Below are positions 39,116 to 52,464 of a stretch of DNA of 64,000 bases, piece by piece. The notes beneath the pieces were generated by a model. It saw nothing but the letters and a program-made list of their open reading frames with translations. It searched no databases and was not told the DNA's origin. Positions within the stretch are counted from its first letter, which is position 1. Each line of letters starts with the position of its first letter. Location of the stretch: contig NC_057718.1 of NCBI RefSeq assembly GCF_004010195.1, forward strand, positions 91,473,145-91,537,144, written 5' to 3'. This stretch comes from Chiloscyllium plagiosum (taxonomy: Eukaryota). A program made the position numbers and the translations under genes.

Positions 39116-39369
39116 GTAAGTGGATTTTATTGCACAGATCACAAAGCCCAAGCTCTATAATGATGTGAACACAGTTATCGCGAATTCTTATTCCAAATAC
39201 TGCTTTAAGTTTCCTATAAACTTATTGTCTTTGTTGCTTGGAGTATTTTTCACCCAGTAACATCTGCGATATGGTTTCAGCTACTAAATTAAGCATGATG
39301 AATATTGCAGAAAACGTCAACGTAGCATGAAACACATTACCATCGTTCAAAACTCCTACACCTGTCATG

Positions 39370-39840
39370 CTCCTAGATAAGGTGCTAATATGCTAATACA
39401 GTCCTTAGAGGGTTAATCAAAGTAGTCCATCAGCTTCAGCCAGACTCCTCCTACTTCTGGCTGCAGCAAGCAGCCTGTCACATTCCTCATTTCTATCAGT
39501 GAGTTTTAAATTGCCCAGACAAACAAGCAGAACCAATGAGCTAGAAAAGGTCACACCTGGCGTGTGGTCGGCCTGCTCCCTGTGTCCAAAGCCCCACCCA
39601 CAATTCTGCAGGTTTATGCCACTCTGTCTACTTGTCTTTTGTGTTTCCTTCCTCCCCCAGCTGTTCCATTCAAAAAGCCAGGCTCAGCAATCTGCCCTCC
39701 TGAAACTACTTATTAAGCCAAGCTGGCTCAAAAGACCGGCTCAGCACGTGCCACTTCTTATCTATCCTGTTTCAAAATCCAATTGCGTGGTGCTTAAAGA
39801 ACAAAACATAAATGGACTTAGCTCTCATTGGCTCCCTGAA
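39370..39840. promoter_or_regulatory. Candidate enhancer or promoter motif cluster
   Basis: AGATAA 39375, CCAAT 39533, CCCCACCC 39592, CAGCTG 39658, CACGTG 39745, TTATCT 39758 and ATTGG 39827, in locally GC-richer, repeat-free DNA. Confidence 0.35.
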
Positions 39841-40188
39841 GCAATTCAAACAAAAGCATGAGTGACAAAGACATTCTCCAATATGGCAGGTGTTAGTGTC
39901 AGATTCAGCCTCAGGCACACAGGCAAAAGTATTAGCTTTCAGTTAAAGCTCAGACATGCAGAAACAGGGAAGTACCATTAGTACAGCAGTATTGTTAGTG
40001 CAGCTACCTAGTCAGGTGTTAAATCCCAGCACCACTTGTTTTAAAGCACATCACTTCTAATTAGGAGCTGTGATAAGGAATAGCAAAGCTACTTTTTCTC
40101 ACAGAATAAAGAACAAGCTTTATTAATAAAGTGCAGTGAACAAGCTGGCAAGATGAAATCTTTGAGACCAATGTAACAACAGTCTTAC

Positions 40189-40228
40189 CTTGAATAATAA
40201 CTGTAATCAGACCTTTAAATATTTAAAT
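40189..40228 (-). other. Candidate 40-nt noncoding exon
   Basis: Minus strand ttttgtctttttctttctctttcttcAG|atttaaat...attcAAG|GTAAGA; stop codons in all three frames. Confidence 0.55.
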
Positions 40229-41759
40229 CTGAAGAAAGAGAAAGAAAAAGACAAAATACAAAATGGATTGAATACTAACATAACAATTCTGATCATAAAC
40301 ACTACAGAAAATTTTTGGAGGATTTAGACTTGGTGGTTTGGGAACAAAATAAAACCATCTGATTTAAATACTGCTGTTTACAATTGAAGAGTTGTTAATA
40401 TTTGACCACAATTTTCATCAAGAATTCAATCTCTAATGTATATCTTCACATAAGCTCATAATTAAAGTTGTAACACATTTATAGAAGTTTTTATAATTAG
40501 ACGTAACAAAATAATTTAGATTTTAAAATTCCTGCCACATACTCCCAGTCATGAGAGCTGCCATTCTTTTTTTCAGAAGATTAATTCAGAACAAAGCATG
40601 TGAATTAAAATTACTTAATGTACATGTAAACTGATAGTATCAACTTTATATGATGTAATAGGATAGACTTTACTCTGTCTACATAACATTAGTTTTCTAT
40701 TAAGTATTTTCTGAAAAAGATTAACAATCAAAAAGCACAAAAAGTTGGGCAACTCACATCAACATATGTACAGTTACATATCTAACAGCATTGTCTGAAC
40801 TTTCAAAAGGAAACTGTTTTAAAATTTGAATGCTGTACCATATTTCTAACTTGCTGGAGAGAGATAGTTCCGATGCTAGTTTAAAAAAAACTGTCACATT
40901 TGAAAGCATATGAAAATAACACATGCGACTTCCAGATAAACAATTAAACAGGGTACTGTGTTATGAAAAGAAAGTGATAATTAATAATACTTGTCAGTTG
41001 CAAGCCATCTTTCCTCTTGGGAATAGCAGTGGAACACTGCTGTGTAATTTCAGCACTCTCCAATCTGAGCAATTGTGAAGAAGGCTTTTGTAATGCCAGA
41101 GTATAATGATTTCTACTGTGCGCTGTTAAAACTTCATAACAACAACAGTAATTAGGCATTTTAATCAACAGAGGACTGTTTTTCTTTGCTCTTTATGCTC
41201 TATGCTACAAAAAATTATAATTTTGAATCATCTGTTTTTGGTAAAACACATCGGTAGCACCAGAACATCTGAAAATGGATTGGCTTTGTTTTCTACTAGC
41301 TACAGCTTTCATACATACATTATTGATGAAGCACAAATAATTGTAAAAACAAAACTTGAACAACAAGCTGCTATTGTGGTTAAAATGCATTGAAAAGTAA
41401 CGAACCATGATGCTCAATGATGTAGGATTAACCCTTCAGCAATGTATAACACATCACAAATAACCAGCAAAGTGCAACTTTCTTGTTAGCTACTCAATTA
41501 ACTTGTTTATTTGCAACAATTATAATAGTTACAAAACTTTATGTAGGTTTTTCTTTTAAGCTTTTAATAATGATCCCTTAAACTTTCATCAGACATTGTT
41601 TAAAGAAAAGCATATACTAAAACTAAATAGCACTAGTTAAATATAAGGCCAGCTTTAAACAAACATATTTGCTTTAATCTGAAACTATTAGCAAAAGAAT
41701 TTAGCTCTTTTACAGTTCAGTGCTCAAATATTAACTTGCTTCTGATTTAATAAGAAATT

Positions 41760-42072
41760 AATGCTGGATGTGAAACCATTGGTTTTTCAGATGAGATATT
41801 AAGTTGAGATTCAATTTGCTTTCCAGTACTATATGAAGAAGCAAGAATAGCACTCTGTCATAGCCAAATCTTACTCCTCAACTATCAATAAAAACATAAT
41901 ATCTAGTTATTTAATTTCATTTGTTTGAGTGATGTTGCGGTGCACAAATTGTTTGGCACAGTTACTACATTACGATAGTGGCAACACATTAAAAGTATTA
42001 CAATTGGGGTGCAACACTATGAGATATCCTAAGGTTGTGGAAATGTACGATCTCGAAATACAAGTTCTTTGC
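41760..42072 (+). mobile_element. Deu-domain SINE, decayed
   Basis: tttcagatgagatattaa...tgcacaaattg...tacattac...aaaagta...caagttcttt follows the Deu-SINE layout. Confidence 0.6.
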
Positions 42073-44055
42073 CTTGATGTATTTTAGTACAGAGGATACA
42101 CACTTTAAATCACCTCAGTAATTAATACATTAGCAAGTCAACAAAATCCCTTATGTACCATGTGATGCTTGGGAAATTGGGGTTAGGCTGCAAGTTAGTG
42201 AGAATATGTCCATTGACTTGGGTTGTCTGCCTAAACTCAAGTGTTGACATAACAATGAGCAGGTATAACCAATTCTATCACCATTAATAAAAAATCAGTA
42301 ATTGTTCAGTATAATGAAAATATCAATACAGTGTAATGTACTTATCCCATTATACTGGTTTTCCAAGTTGGTTACTGATTCAGACAGAAGTGAGTTCTTC
42401 AGACTTCATATCTTCCAGTTTGTAGAAACCTACACAGCAGTCTGAATTGTTCAACAAATGACAACATAACTCTACCATAATCCATGCTCTAATGATCTGA
42501 ATCATCATATAATGTGTATTCTTAGCAACAATGTTTGACATGTAGAGGTGCCATTATCTCTCTTCCAACTATACATTCAAAACAAGTGACCAAATATTAC
42601 AGATTTTATGATTATCAAACTTGCATTATAAACTACATTTCCTCAGAACACCATGCTCGAGTACCAATTTCATTTTCTAGTTTTTATTTTTTTCAAGAAA
42701 GCTACGTTAAAACTCACTTTTAAGTTTATTGAAAAACAGGAACACAAAATGACTTATCATAAAATTAACTGTAACTTCTCTAATTCTGTAGTGCATAAAT
42801 GCACCAGTTGGTGTGATATTGAGCTACAGAGTACAGACAGATTCTTGATTTGAGCAGTGCTCTGCACTGAAGTGTAAGTCAGTCATTAATGCCAAGCAGG
42901 CTAAAATGGTTTCTAGTCCTGGTGACTGCTGGAATGGTTTGCTTGGATGTCAGGTGAAGACACATTTGAGCTCAGCTGTTGTTAGCTGTTTTGTTAGGCT
43001 GGTGAACTATAAAATGTCCAGATTTTAATAGGATGAAAAATAACTTGAATACGATGACCACCATTTCCAGAATGGAAAAATGGCAATATATTTAAATGAC
43101 TGTTTTATATCTATACTAAATATCAAAAACAAAAGGCAGAAAAGCTTATCATCAATTTACAAAAATACATGAAGGAACACTGCCTGGTTGTACCTAATGA
43201 AATTCATGTTGCTAAGGTTAAAAAAGTCCTTCATTTGTCAAGCTAAATATGTCAGAGCAAGTTAAGTAACCAAGGAGATTTCTACAACAGTTACCCAAAA
43301 AATGGAAATGACTGGGTTGGGAAATGGTAGGATCAGTGCAGCAAAATTAAAAAAAAAAGATTTTTCCTTAGCTAGTAGTCACAGGGGAGACACTGCATCA
43401 TAATTCTCCAGCTAATGTCTAGGCCATAGACTTTTCCATGATGAGTTCAGAGCCGTTCAATGAAGAGCCAAAACTCTACCTGTGAGAATTGAATGAAGTC
43501 AAAGCGCTCACTCCCTTGAGGAGGAATGCTTGAGCCAGGTGTTCACAGTAATTTTAACAAAGCTATGCAAAGTGTTTCAGAATGTGGAATACTTTAAAGC
43601 AGTTCTGTGTAATTATTGCATCGTTCTAATCAGTTTACAAACAGAAAGTTGACAAACAGAAAACATCTGCTGCTTGTTTCTCCCTCCACCCACGCACAAG
43701 TAGCAATGCCAGATAGATTATAACTGAACTGATATGTTCTGGTTTGCAGAAAACAAAGTTATATTTTTATGTCATGTGGTTGAAATGCTAACGAAATGTT
43801 AAAACTTTAAACAGAGCAATGGCTGTATTTACTTCCATAAGCTTTTGTTATCGAGACTGGACATACTCCAATAGCGGTCATTTTATCCTAACCTATCTTG
43901 TAGAAACTGAAGTTAATGCAAACAATTTCCAGCAGGATCTAAAATGTACAGCTGATTCCATCCCATCCACATCCTACAGGGAGGTTTGGAATAACATTAC
44001 TGAATAGGTGCATTACTGCACAGTGATAAGACCTGAGAATACAACCTGTTATTCA

Positions 44056-44390
44056 CAGAATCACTACCATTTGGAAAGAGGCCATTCAGCTCATCAAGTC
44101 TCACCAACCCTCGGAAGAGCATTGCATCAAGACACAGCACCCCAACCTATTTTTGAAACCCGCATTTACCATGGTCATTCCACCTAACCTACACGTCCCT
44201 GGATATTATGTAACAATTTATTATGGCCAATCCACCTTGCCTGCACATCTCTGGACTGTGGGAGGAAACCAGAGCACCCAGAGGAAACCCATGCAGATAT
44301 GGGGAGAATGTGCAAACTCTACAAATCGTCCAAGGGTGGAATCCCTGGTGCTGTGGGGCAATGGTGCCAATGACTGAGACACCATGTTGC
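44056..44390 (-). mobile_element. HE1-like SINE
   Basis: ctgcacatctctggactgtgggaggaaaccagagcacccagaggaaacccatgcaga. Confidence 0.85.
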
Positions 44391-44789
44391 AGGAAAATAG
44401 AGAAACAGTACTTTTAAATGCATTTTCCCCAGAAAAATCTAAAATAACCCAACAAAACTAAATGGTTGAAAGCTCAAATACTTTATCAGATTTTTGGAAG
44501 CAGTAGTGTCTGAAGTGCCCAGTAATATGTTTCTAAGCATTGAGCCATGAAACTGACGAGAACAGAAATTCTAGCACCAAAACACATATTTTAAACAAGT
44601 ATAAAACTTTTATTTTAATAAATCCAAATGTTACTGTTTGGTTTAAGCTACTTGTTCAGACTAAACTCATCTTGTTAAGTGAGGACACCTTATTTCCACA
44701 TTCTATCCATCACAGTCATACTGTAGCAGTAGATTGGTAATGGGAGAAAACTAATGCAGAATTGCTTAGAAGAAGCATTATTGACTTTT

Positions 44790-45092
44790 TGAATTCAAAC
44801 TCCACAGCAGGACTTGACTGTATATTCTAAGTTGGCACCCCTGTGCAGGTATGAGGCTGTGAGGCACCGTTTTTCAGTTAAACTCTAAACTAAGGCAGCA
44901 TCTGTCTGTTCACATAGACAAATGATCCAATGGAAGTTCTTCTGAACACATCTTTTGTCAACACCATTCAAACAGATTAATGAGCCTTTTATTTTATTAC
45001 TTGCTGTGTGAAAATTCGTTGCTACATTGCCAATTAAATGTTTTGAGAAATCAATTGAAGTGACAGGTGCTATATCAATGCAAGATTGTTCT
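44790..45092 (+). mobile_element. Deu-domain SINE, decayed
   Basis: gaggcaccgtttttcag...gatccaatgg...gtgctatatcaatgcaag tail. Confidence 0.45.
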
Positions 45093-46629
45093 AATGCTTC
45101 ATTAGAATCTGCACACAGGTGGATGAGGAATAGATGGGAATTACCAACTGCAATGATTACTGAAAGCAAAATGCACCATCTCTTTAAATCTCCCACAATG
45201 GATCACTGGCTGACACATGATTCAGATATTCCAACGGCTAGAGAGTCAATGGAGTATTTCAGAATGGAGTTGTATATCTGGACCATGTGGAATTTATAAA
45301 TGCAACTGACTCTTTGGGAATTAGCTGGAAACTGAATTTTTTTGATGGGCAATCCCCCTTATCTGGAATTCTCCAAAAGAGTCCATTAAGTTTGGAGAAC
45401 TTGGAGGATTCTAACTCATTTAAGCTCAATAATTATCTAGGAAACATTAATTAAAACCTAGTAATTCCTACGTCACCACAAAATTAAACCCTCAATTAAC
45501 CACGCATTTGACCTTCCTGCAACTGATAACCATTAACTCCTTGCCCTGCTGCAAACAGCAGACATCCCCAACCAACCTGAACCCTCAACACCCTAAACAA
45601 CCACCTGACACATCCCTTATCTACCCACCAAGCAAACTAATCCCTCCCTGACTTACACTTTTATCCTTTCTCTGTCACTATCGAAGTGTCTTTGGGATTT
45701 TGCACTCCGGCTGTGAGAAAGGGGTGTGTCTTGATCTGCAAGGCTACCCCTGACAGGAGTGGTTTTCTCCGATGGATGTATTTGGGACAGGCTAGACTTG
45801 GAAAACAAAATCACTGACAGGCGAGTTGGTAATTTTGAATTGGTCAATTCTGTTCCAACCATTATCCAGATATCTGGATTGCACCTTTTTAATGTTGCAC
45901 TATGATTTGTAACTGTGGTGAAGGATTCTAAAGGTAACTTAAAAACAACTAACTATTCAATAATAGATAGCAATGCAAAATGATCCTAGGATTAACAGTC
46001 TTTCAAATTGGCTAAGTGGGTCAGGGCATGCTGCAGCAGAGTCACCTTACATTGAACAGATGCAGAGCAATATGACAGAGATTAAATCAGCTTCTCCACA
46101 AGACAGGCAACAGCATAGGTTATGCATAAAATGACAATTTTTGGGATGTAAGACTTTTCAGGTCCTCTACTGAAGGCTGCTCTGTTTTTGCATAATATAT
46201 ACTGTAAATTGCAATTTCAAAATAATAACGTTCTGTACAAAAACAAAGCTTCAATTATTTTCATTACCTTAGCAATACCAGATATAACAAAAGGTTTCAG
46301 GATCAAAATAAACCCATAAACCCCTCTCAACATATTGCACTCTGGAGGCCAGTTGCTTTCTATAAAGAAATGTGACTACAAGTTGAAATTTATTTATCCC
46401 ACTTAACCTAATTTGCTTTCATTTGAAAATCCCCAATGTGTTCTGTATGACCTCTTGAATAGGAATTCAACACCAGAGACTGTTAATTTCCTCTACTGTA
46501 CCAGATTTAAGGGATGAACCACAAGTAATGAAGTATCCCAAGCCTATTTTGAAATCTTTTTTAAAACAAGTCTTGTTCCGGTGAAGTGCCAATTTGAAGT
46601 AAAAACTGCTTCCACAGTGACATTAACTA

Positions 46630-48062
46630 TTAACCCTTCCTATTCATGTACCCATCCAGATACCTTTTAAAAGTTGCAATTATATCAGCCTCCACCTCTT
46701 CCTCTGGCAATCATTCCATACACATACCACCCTCTGTGTGAAAAAGTTGCTCCTTAGATCTCTTTTAAATCTTTCCCCTCTCATCTTAAATCTATAACTT
46801 ATAGTTTTGGATTCCACAACCCTGGGGAAAAGGCCTTGGTTATTCACCCTCTGCTCCTCATGATTTTATAAACTTCTAAAAGGTCACCCCTCAACCTGAA
46901 CACTCTAGGGAAAATAGGCCGAGCCTATTCAGCCTCGCTTTATAGCTCAAACCCACAAAACCCTGGCAACATCCTTGTCAATCTTTTCTGAACCCTTTCA
47001 AGTTTCACAACATCCTCCCTACAGCAGGAAGAACAGAATTGCATTCCAAAAGTGGCCAAACCAGTGTCCTGTACACCTGGAACATGACCTCTTAACTCCG
47101 ATACCAAATGCACTAATCAATATAGCAAGCGTACCAAACACCTTCTACACTATCCTGTCCACCTGCAACTCGACTTCCAAGGAACAATGAATGTGTACTT
47201 CAAGGTCTCTTTGTTATGCAACACTCCCCAGGACCATATGCAGTAAGTCCTGTCCTGATTTGCCTTTCCAAAATGCAACACCACACATTTATCTAAATTA
47301 AACCCCATCCACCACTCCTTGGCCCACCTACCCATCTGATCAAGGTCTCATTGTACTCTGTGGTAACCTTCTTGGCTTTCTCCCTCTCCACCAATTTTGG
47401 TGTCGTCTGCAAACTCATTAACTATATCTGTGTTCACATCCAAATCATTTACTTAGATGACAAAAAGCAGTGAACCCAGTGATCCTTGTGGCACATCACT
47501 GGTCACAGGCCTCCAGTGTGAAAAATAACGGTCCATCGCCAACCTCTATCTTCTACCTTTGAGCCAGTTCTGTATAAATTTGGCTAGTTCTCCCTGTATT
47601 CCATGTAGACTAACCTTGCTAACCAGTCTTCCATGAGGAACCTTGTCGAATGCCTTACTGAAGTCCAAATAGATCACATACACCGCTGTGCCCTTATCAA
47701 TCCTCTTTGTTACTTCTTCAAAAAACTTAATTTAGTGAGACACGATTTCTCACATGCAAAGCCATGCTAACTATTCCTAATCAGTCCTTGCCTTTCCAAA
47801 TACATGCAAATCCTGTCCTTCACCGTACCCTCCAACAACTTGCCAAGACTGATGTCGTGCTCACCGGTCTATACTCCCTGGCTTTTCCTTACACCTTCCT
47901 TAAATAGTGGCACTACATTAGCCAGTCTTCTGGCATCTTAACCTGTGACTATCGATGATACAAATATCTCAGCAAGGGGCCTTGGAATCATTTCCCTAAA
48001 CTCTCACAACATTCTAGGGTACACTTGATCAGGTCTCGGGAATGTATCCACCTTTGTGCACC
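46630..48062 (-). mobile_element. CR1 LINE RT region
   Basis: MGRWAKEWWMGFNLDKCVVLHFGKANQDRTY; collinear with 18600-20010. Confidence 0.9.
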
Positions 48063-49754
48063 TTTATAATAATTTATTTTGTTGTTTCTAAAAATGACTG
48101 AAATGAACATTGAGGAATGAAACACATTTTTATTTTAAATACTGTAAATTTACTTATAATAGGACATTCCTAGTATAAACCCAAACATATACCGTGTTAT
48201 TGACTTGCTTGAACTTCATTTCTATTCGATTACCACTGGTAGCTGAGTACAATTTATTATGTCCACCATTAATTAATTTGTGAGCACCGAAGTGTTTTCA
48301 TTAAATTTGAGAGATTTTTTCGCAGCTCAGTTGCCTTGAATTTGAACCAGAATCACAAATGAAGGGACAATGTGATAAGTCATACACTTAATTGCCATCT
48401 AGTCAATAATTTTGAAAAACATATTTGTTCATGGAATGTGGACATCACTGGCCCAGTCAGCCTTTATTGCCCACCTATAGCTGCTCGTGGTGACCTACTT
48501 TCTTGAACCTTGGCAGTCCATTTGGCACAGGTATTCCCACAATGCTATTAGGGAGGATTTTGACCTGGTGACATGTTGCATAATGTACATTATGATAAGT
48601 TGGATAACACTGTACAAATTGATTGAGGTCTTAATTACATACAAATTGTTTCATTACATTTTAACCCCATTAATTTTGTCTTTAGAAATCACATCACTCA
48701 GGATGACATCATTGATTAGTGATTTGTAGACTGACTTTGCACATGCAAATCATGCCCATTTAAAAGTACATTTTGCAACAAATCAAATGATTTTGCTTCA
48801 TGAAAATTTGAGCATACATCCGCAAAGCTTTGGGGATAATATAGTGAATTATATAAATTACAGTGAATATATAATTATGTAATTAGATGTAATTACATGT
48901 TACTTGATAAAAAGTATGAATGCATTAGAGAGGATTACTAATAATTTACTCTAATGGTTCTTAAAAATATCTCCAGCGTAGAATTTGAATCGTCTCGCAT
49001 AACAATTAAGTTTTTAACAGATACTTGTACCTAAAGGTTTATGTGACCAAGGTCTGCAGTTACTGAGCAGGTGCTATCATAAAAATATATTTTATTACTT
49101 TTTTTTAAAAGAACTGTGGACAACAAGCAGTACTTTGTTGTTTAAGTGTCACACTTACATTGAGCATAGGTACCAGAATGCGCTAAATACAACACCTTTG
49201 TGCTGCAAATAATTTCTAATTTTTTGCTAATATAGTAATGGATTAGAACTGTAATCAGACAATAAGTTCTAGAATCACAGAAGATCATGTCAGGATAAAT
49301 TTCTGCAAATTTTACAAACTTATGCAAATTCTTATTATTGTTTATCTTACTTTACAGATACTGGCAGCCCTCTGGTAACTGACTCACTTAATCATGTGAG
49401 AGATGCATTCTTTCCTTGTCTATTAGCCACCATCCATTCACTAAGTTAAGGACAAGAATCAAAAACTTGGAAACTTAGCTGGAAACTTGACTGACTTTCT
49501 TTCTCCAAAACAGATGTGTGACACTTGGTGGATGCTAGAAATCTCAAATTAAAATAGAAAATATTGGAATTACTTAGCAGGTTTTGCAGTTTCTGGGGAG
49601 GGAGGAACAGAGTTAACTGATCAGATTGATCACCTTTCTCATATCTGTGGAAATCACTGCTGCAGAAGGCTGTGAAAGCCAAGTGATTGAATACATTTAT
49701 GGTAGAGATAGGCAGGTTCTTGATTGGTAAAGGGATCAAGGGTTATGGGGAGAC

Positions 49755-50125
49755 CAGCCTTCCAGCCATTGACTCCATCTGTACTTCCCACTGCCTCAGG
49801 AAAGCAACCAACTTAATCAAAGATCCCTCCTACCCTGGTTATACTCTCTTTCACCTTCTTCCATTTGGCAGAAGATATAAAAGTTTGAATATATGTATGA
49901 ACAGATTCAAGAACAGCTACTTCCCCACTGTTATCTAACTTTTGAATGGACCTCTCAAATGTTAACCTTGGTTTCTCTCTCTCTGCAACTTCTCTGCGGC
50001 TGTAACACCATATTCTGAACTCTGTTCTGCTACCTGATGCACTCTATACAGTATGATTTGCTTGTAGAGCAGGCAAAATAACACTTTTCAATGTTGCATG
50101 TGACAAGAATAAATTTAATCTAATC
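49755..50125 (+). mobile_element. Rex-Babar LINE 3' end inserted into a CR1 tail (49640-50230)
   Basis: LPAIDSICTSHCLRKATNLIKDPSYPGYTLFHLLPFGRRYKSLNICMNRFKNSYFP; the CR1 tail resumes at gagaaggcaggagaatgagg. Confidence 0.8.
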
Positions 50126-51279
50126 TGAGAAGGCAGGAGAATGAGGTTGAAAAACATATCAGCCATGACTGAGTGGCAGGGAAAAGTCAATGGGCTAAAT
50201 GGTCTAATTCTGCTCCTGTACTTTATGTTCGTTCTTCAGAACTGTGCTGCTATGTAAAACTCAACATTACACTAGTCAGTCAATTAAATAGCAATGTATT
50301 CATTCCACAAATAAGGAATGGTGATATAGTGGTTATGTTATTAATAGTTCAGAGGCCTGACCTAATGATCAGGTGACATAAGCTCAAATCTTGCTACTGC
50401 AGCTGGGAAGTTTAAAAAGAGCCAATAAACAAATCTGTAAAAACTAATATTGGAATTGTGATCATGTATGAGGAAAGTAATGGATTGTCAGTTTATCCAT
50501 TCTATTAACATTCCAGCTATAACCTCAACAGTTGTTCCTGAAGTAATTTTAGGGTTTGCAACTGTTGTCCCTGACTATTGATAGGATTTTTCCTTGTTGG
50601 CTTTATAGTTCTTACCTTGAATTGGTTGCCATACCTTAATATCTCCCTTGCATCTCTGTGACTAAGGCAGGTTATTAGTTATGGCCTGATCACAGCATTC
50701 TAGTGTATATAAGATTTCCTCCACTTGGAACTTGCACATGGACTGCTCTCACTGCATAGTTCATCATTCTACCTGCTTTGTTGATCATTATTTGGTATTG
50801 ATTGGACATTGTGAATCTCAACACTTCTGTGGCTATCTATTTTTTATAGACTTATCCCTAGCTGTTACTATACCATTCTGAGAGCATGTCTACTTTTGCT
50901 TCTGATGTAAAGATCTTCAATCTTATTCCAATTGGATTTTACATGACACTGTTGTGTTGACTTTAAATCAATCAATCATTTCGTAAGCATCACTCTCAGA
51001 ATCAACGGTGCCTCCTAGATTTTATGAACACATTTGTCCAATTCTAATTATTGATTGAAAGTTGAAATAGTACTGGCTCTACTATCAATCCTTGGGGCAT
51101 TCAAGGCAGAATTATCCTCACTCTGACGTAACTCTTATAAATCATATCCAAGTATACTGTTCAGCTGAATTCTTACCTGCTCCAACTTTTTATTGTGAAG
51201 CCCCAAAGACAGTACCTTATTTCTTACACTGCGAACATACATGAATATTCATTTCATATTTACGGAAAGCCATAAATGT

Positions 51280-52460
51280 ATTACATAGGATTTGTGGCAC
51301 AAAAAGAAGCCATTTATTTCAATCCATTCATATCAGCACTTATGCTTCAACTGAGCCGTATCATATGTTTCCTCATTTAAATCTGTACTTCTTGTAACTA
51401 CTGGGTTTCTTGGTGATCTGCTTATACTAATACTCTCTGAACATGCTCTTCCCCACAAGACAAAACATTCTCTCTATTCATTCAATCAAAACGAATTTTG
51501 AGAAGATTTATAGCTCAAGTTCAGGTTCTGGATATAGGTTTGCTCGCTGAGCTGGAAGGTTCATTTTCAGACATTTTGCCACCATACTAGGTAACATCAT
51601 CAGTAAGCCTCCGGCTTCATCCGGATGATGTTACCTAGTATGCTGATGAAATGTCTGAAAACATCCAACTCAGTGAGCAAACCTGCATTCATTCAATCAA
51701 AATCTTTCAACATTTTTGAATATTCCTGTTTATTAGGTCATCCCCTCAGAGTTTTTTTCCTCAAGAAAAAAAGAGACCCAAGCTGTCACTTATTACCTGA
51801 TATTTATAACCACATATTCCTGGCATTATCCTTATAAATGACTATATTCTTTCAAAATACATTATCCAGAACTGCACAAATACTTTGTGATTAAACAATG
51901 TCTGGTGAAGGTTTAGCATAATTTCCCTACTTTTCATTCAACTCGAAAAATCAAGCCTCATGCTTGTTTGCTTTTGTTTCAAAAACAAACCGTGGTAACT
52001 TACGCAATCTTCACGGATGATGTATTTGTATCTAAGATTCCTTTATTTCTTCACCTCACATGGATTTGCAACTCCCATGCAATAAGTGACTTTGCCATTT
52101 CTCATAGCAAAGTATTCTACCTCACATTTACACTTTATATACCAAATATCCACCCATTCTACTGCTTTATTAATGTATTCCTGTAATTTGCTGCAGTCCT
52201 TCCTTCGTATTGATTATATCCTCAATTTCATGTTATCTGCAACTTTAGAAATTATGTCTTGATTTGAAAGGCCAAATTGTTAACGTAAATTGAGAATAGC
52301 AGAGACCCAAGCACTGATCTTTGCGGAACTCCAGTTCTCACCTTCTGAACAACTAATCTTTACTACCACTACCTACTCTTTGGCTTGAAGCTACCGAAGC
52401 AATCTATATTACCACTTAACCTCTGGCTTCACATACTTCAGTCTGATTCATTAACCTATA
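51280..52460 (-). mobile_element. Old CR1 fragments
   Basis: Decayed similarity to CR1 RT and 3' regions (ttatctgcaaac-type and cccaagcactgatc motifs). Confidence 0.5.
51492..51686. mobile_element. PLE family-C palindromic unit
   Basis: ttcagacattttgccaccatactaggtaacatcatc / gatgatgttacctagtatgctgatgaaatgtctgaa inverted; terminus resembles the reverse complement of 58660-58682; 16-bp duplication attcattcaatcaaaa at 51476 and 51687. Confidence 0.8.
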
Positions 52461-52464
52461 ATCT

